Shown here: positions 62,273-64,000 of the stretch, piece after piece | Numbering within the stretch: position 1 is the stretch's first letter | Layout: each line of letters starts with the position of its first letter | From: Ranitomeya imitator | Taxonomy: Eukaryota | Length of the DNA: 64,000 nucleotides | Assembly: GCF_032444005.1 (NCBI RefSeq) | Contig: NC_091284.1 | Coordinates: 16,554,001 to 16,618,000 of the forward strand | Direction: 5' to 3' | Program-made: the position numbers and the translations under genes | Notes under the pieces: generated by a model | Told to the model about the DNA's origin: nothing | The model's input: only the letters and a program-made list of their open reading frames with translations | Database searches by the model: none

Positions 62273-62779
62273 TAAGCCAGGGGTTACGATTTGAGTTGAG
62301 TGAATATGTTCAGAATCGGTCGCCAAATCTGAATTTGTCATATTCGTGCCATATTGGTACCCTCATCGTGCTGAACTTATGTTTGATGATCGGTTCCGAA
62401 CATATTCTGTCATTTCTACTCCCATTGACTCCAAAGACGTTCGCCTGTGCTTTTGCAATATTCACCACTGATCGCTATCGAAGCTATGGGCCATGAATGT
62501 GCAAATGATGAGGCGTCCAAGAAGAAGAGATCCCCTAGAATGAATGATACTCATTATAATATTAGAAACTCATCAGATTTGGTATCTGGATCATACAGAA
62601 CCATCATTAGACCAAAAGCAGACACCACACCAAAGATGGGTCAGAATAGGAACCATGAAGTCTATCAAAGACAACCCAAATGAGGCGGGCGCAATAACCT
62701 ATCAATCACTTCTCAGGGAGATAACCCAACAACTTACTGATCTTATGGCACAAGAACGCAGCACTGGCTTTGGCACCTC

Positions 62780-63792
62780 ATGGGCAGAGTTAAGCAGCTG
62801 CTGAGCACTCTGAAAACAAAAATGGTGGAGGCCCACAAAGCAGGAGAAGGCTATAAGAAGAGAGTGAAGCGATTTCAAATTGCCCTTTCCGCAGTTCGAA
62901 ATGTAAATAAGAAATGGCAGTTAGTTACCAGGAACAGTGGAGGTCAAGATAAGGTCTGGAAGAACAAGCAAAATTTCAGTGAGAGATGCTCGTAGAATTG
63001 CTAAAGAGGTAAATCAGAACCCCTGCTTGACTGCAAAAGACCTTCAGAAATATTTAGCAGACTCTGGAGTTGTGGTGCATTGTTCTACTGTTCAGAGACA
63101 TATGCACAAACGTGGCCTTCATGGAAGGGTCATCAGAAGAAAACCTTTTGTGTATCCTCACCATAAAATTCAGTATCAAAAGTATGCAAAAGAACATCCA
63201 AACAAGCCTGATGCATTATGGAAACAAGTACTGTGGACTTACGAGGATAAAATAGAACTAAGTGACCACAATGATCAAAGGTATGGTGTGGAGAAAAAAG
63301 GGCAGAGGATTTCAGGAAAAGAACATCTCGCTGACCATTAAGCATGGGCGTGGATCAATTATTCTTTGGGGAACTTTTCATAGGTAGAGGGGATAATGGT
63401 TTCAATGAAATTTCAACAAATTCTTGATGTAAACATTAGCCCATGTGTAAAAAAAGCTTAAGGTGAAAAGAGGAAGAGGATTGTTTCTACAAATGGATAA
63501 TGATCCTAAACACATGTCAAAATCCACAATAGATGGCTTCAAGAGGCGCAATTTGAAGATTTTACAATGGCCCTCGCAGTCCCCTGATCTGAACATCATT
63601 GACATTGAAAATCTGTGGCCAGACCTCAAAATAGCTGAAGATGCAAGACGACCCAGGAATCTCACAGAACTGGAGGAATTCTCCAAAAAAGAATGGAGGA
63701 AAATCCCTCAAAGAAGAAATAAAAGACTCTTGTCTGGCTATAAAAATCGGTTACAAGCTGTGATACTTGCAAAAGGGGGCGCTACCAGGTAC
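62780..63792 (+). pseudogene. Frameshifted Tc1 transposase
   Basis: Three frames give MGRVKQL..HKAGEGYKK, RSGRTSKIS..GLHGRVIRRKP..VLWTYEDKIEL and QMDNDPKH..WPSQSPDLN..AKGGATRY. Cut off by the following insertion. Confidence 0.9.
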
Positions 63793-64000
63793 AAACCATA
63801 AAGAGAAGGGGGGATCCAACACTTCAAATAAAATCCCAAATTTTATTTCAATCGATTTAAAACATGATTCCAGGGAAAAGTTCACATTCTACAATGAATG
63901 AATAAGAAGTATCACTTCGAAACGCGTCAACCAGGATGCTAAATCCTGGAATCATGTTTTAAACCAGTTGAAATAAAATTTGGGATTTTATTTGAAGTGC
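63793..64000. mobile_element. Penelope-like inverted-repeat remnant with a decayed minimal hammerhead motif
   Basis: 55-bp arms at 63820-63874 and 63945-63999 (52/55 match). The spacer holds GAAG-TATCA-CTTC-GAAACGCGTC. Runs off the window end. Confidence 0.55.

Noticed and set aside
1-64000. Prokaryotic or viral operon or defence system
   Set aside because: No gene-dense region. All recognisable coding sequence is vertebrate TE-derived.

Overview
Eukaryotic, vertebrate DNA. It is most likely anuran (frog), inferred from its T2/Kolobok-type TTAA MITEs, V-SINE, CR1 and Tc1 content. No host protein-coding gene could be recognised. About 41 kb (~64%, hand estimate) is 13 unrelated tandem-repeat families with 15-84 bp units, and nearly all long ORFs in the track are artefacts of these arrays. 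The rest is nested transposable elements: four degraded Tc1 copies, one full-length IR/DR Tc1, a young 5'-truncated CR1, a non-autonomous Helitron, two identical V-SINEs, a solo LTR, T2/hAT/Harbinger MITEs and two Penelope-like inverted-repeat insertions. A CpG-rich promoter-like island lies at ~21.6-22.1 kb, with some candidate exons elsewhere. The leading hypotheses are (1) a 25-copy, same-orientation array of CTCF-like sites; (2) minisatellites born from functional TE parts (a SINE Pol III A-box, a Tc1 start codon, a hammerhead-like scaffold); and (3) a Tc1 whose ORF stays open through two compensating deletions that remove the first catalytic Asp. All assignments are by eye; no searches were run.
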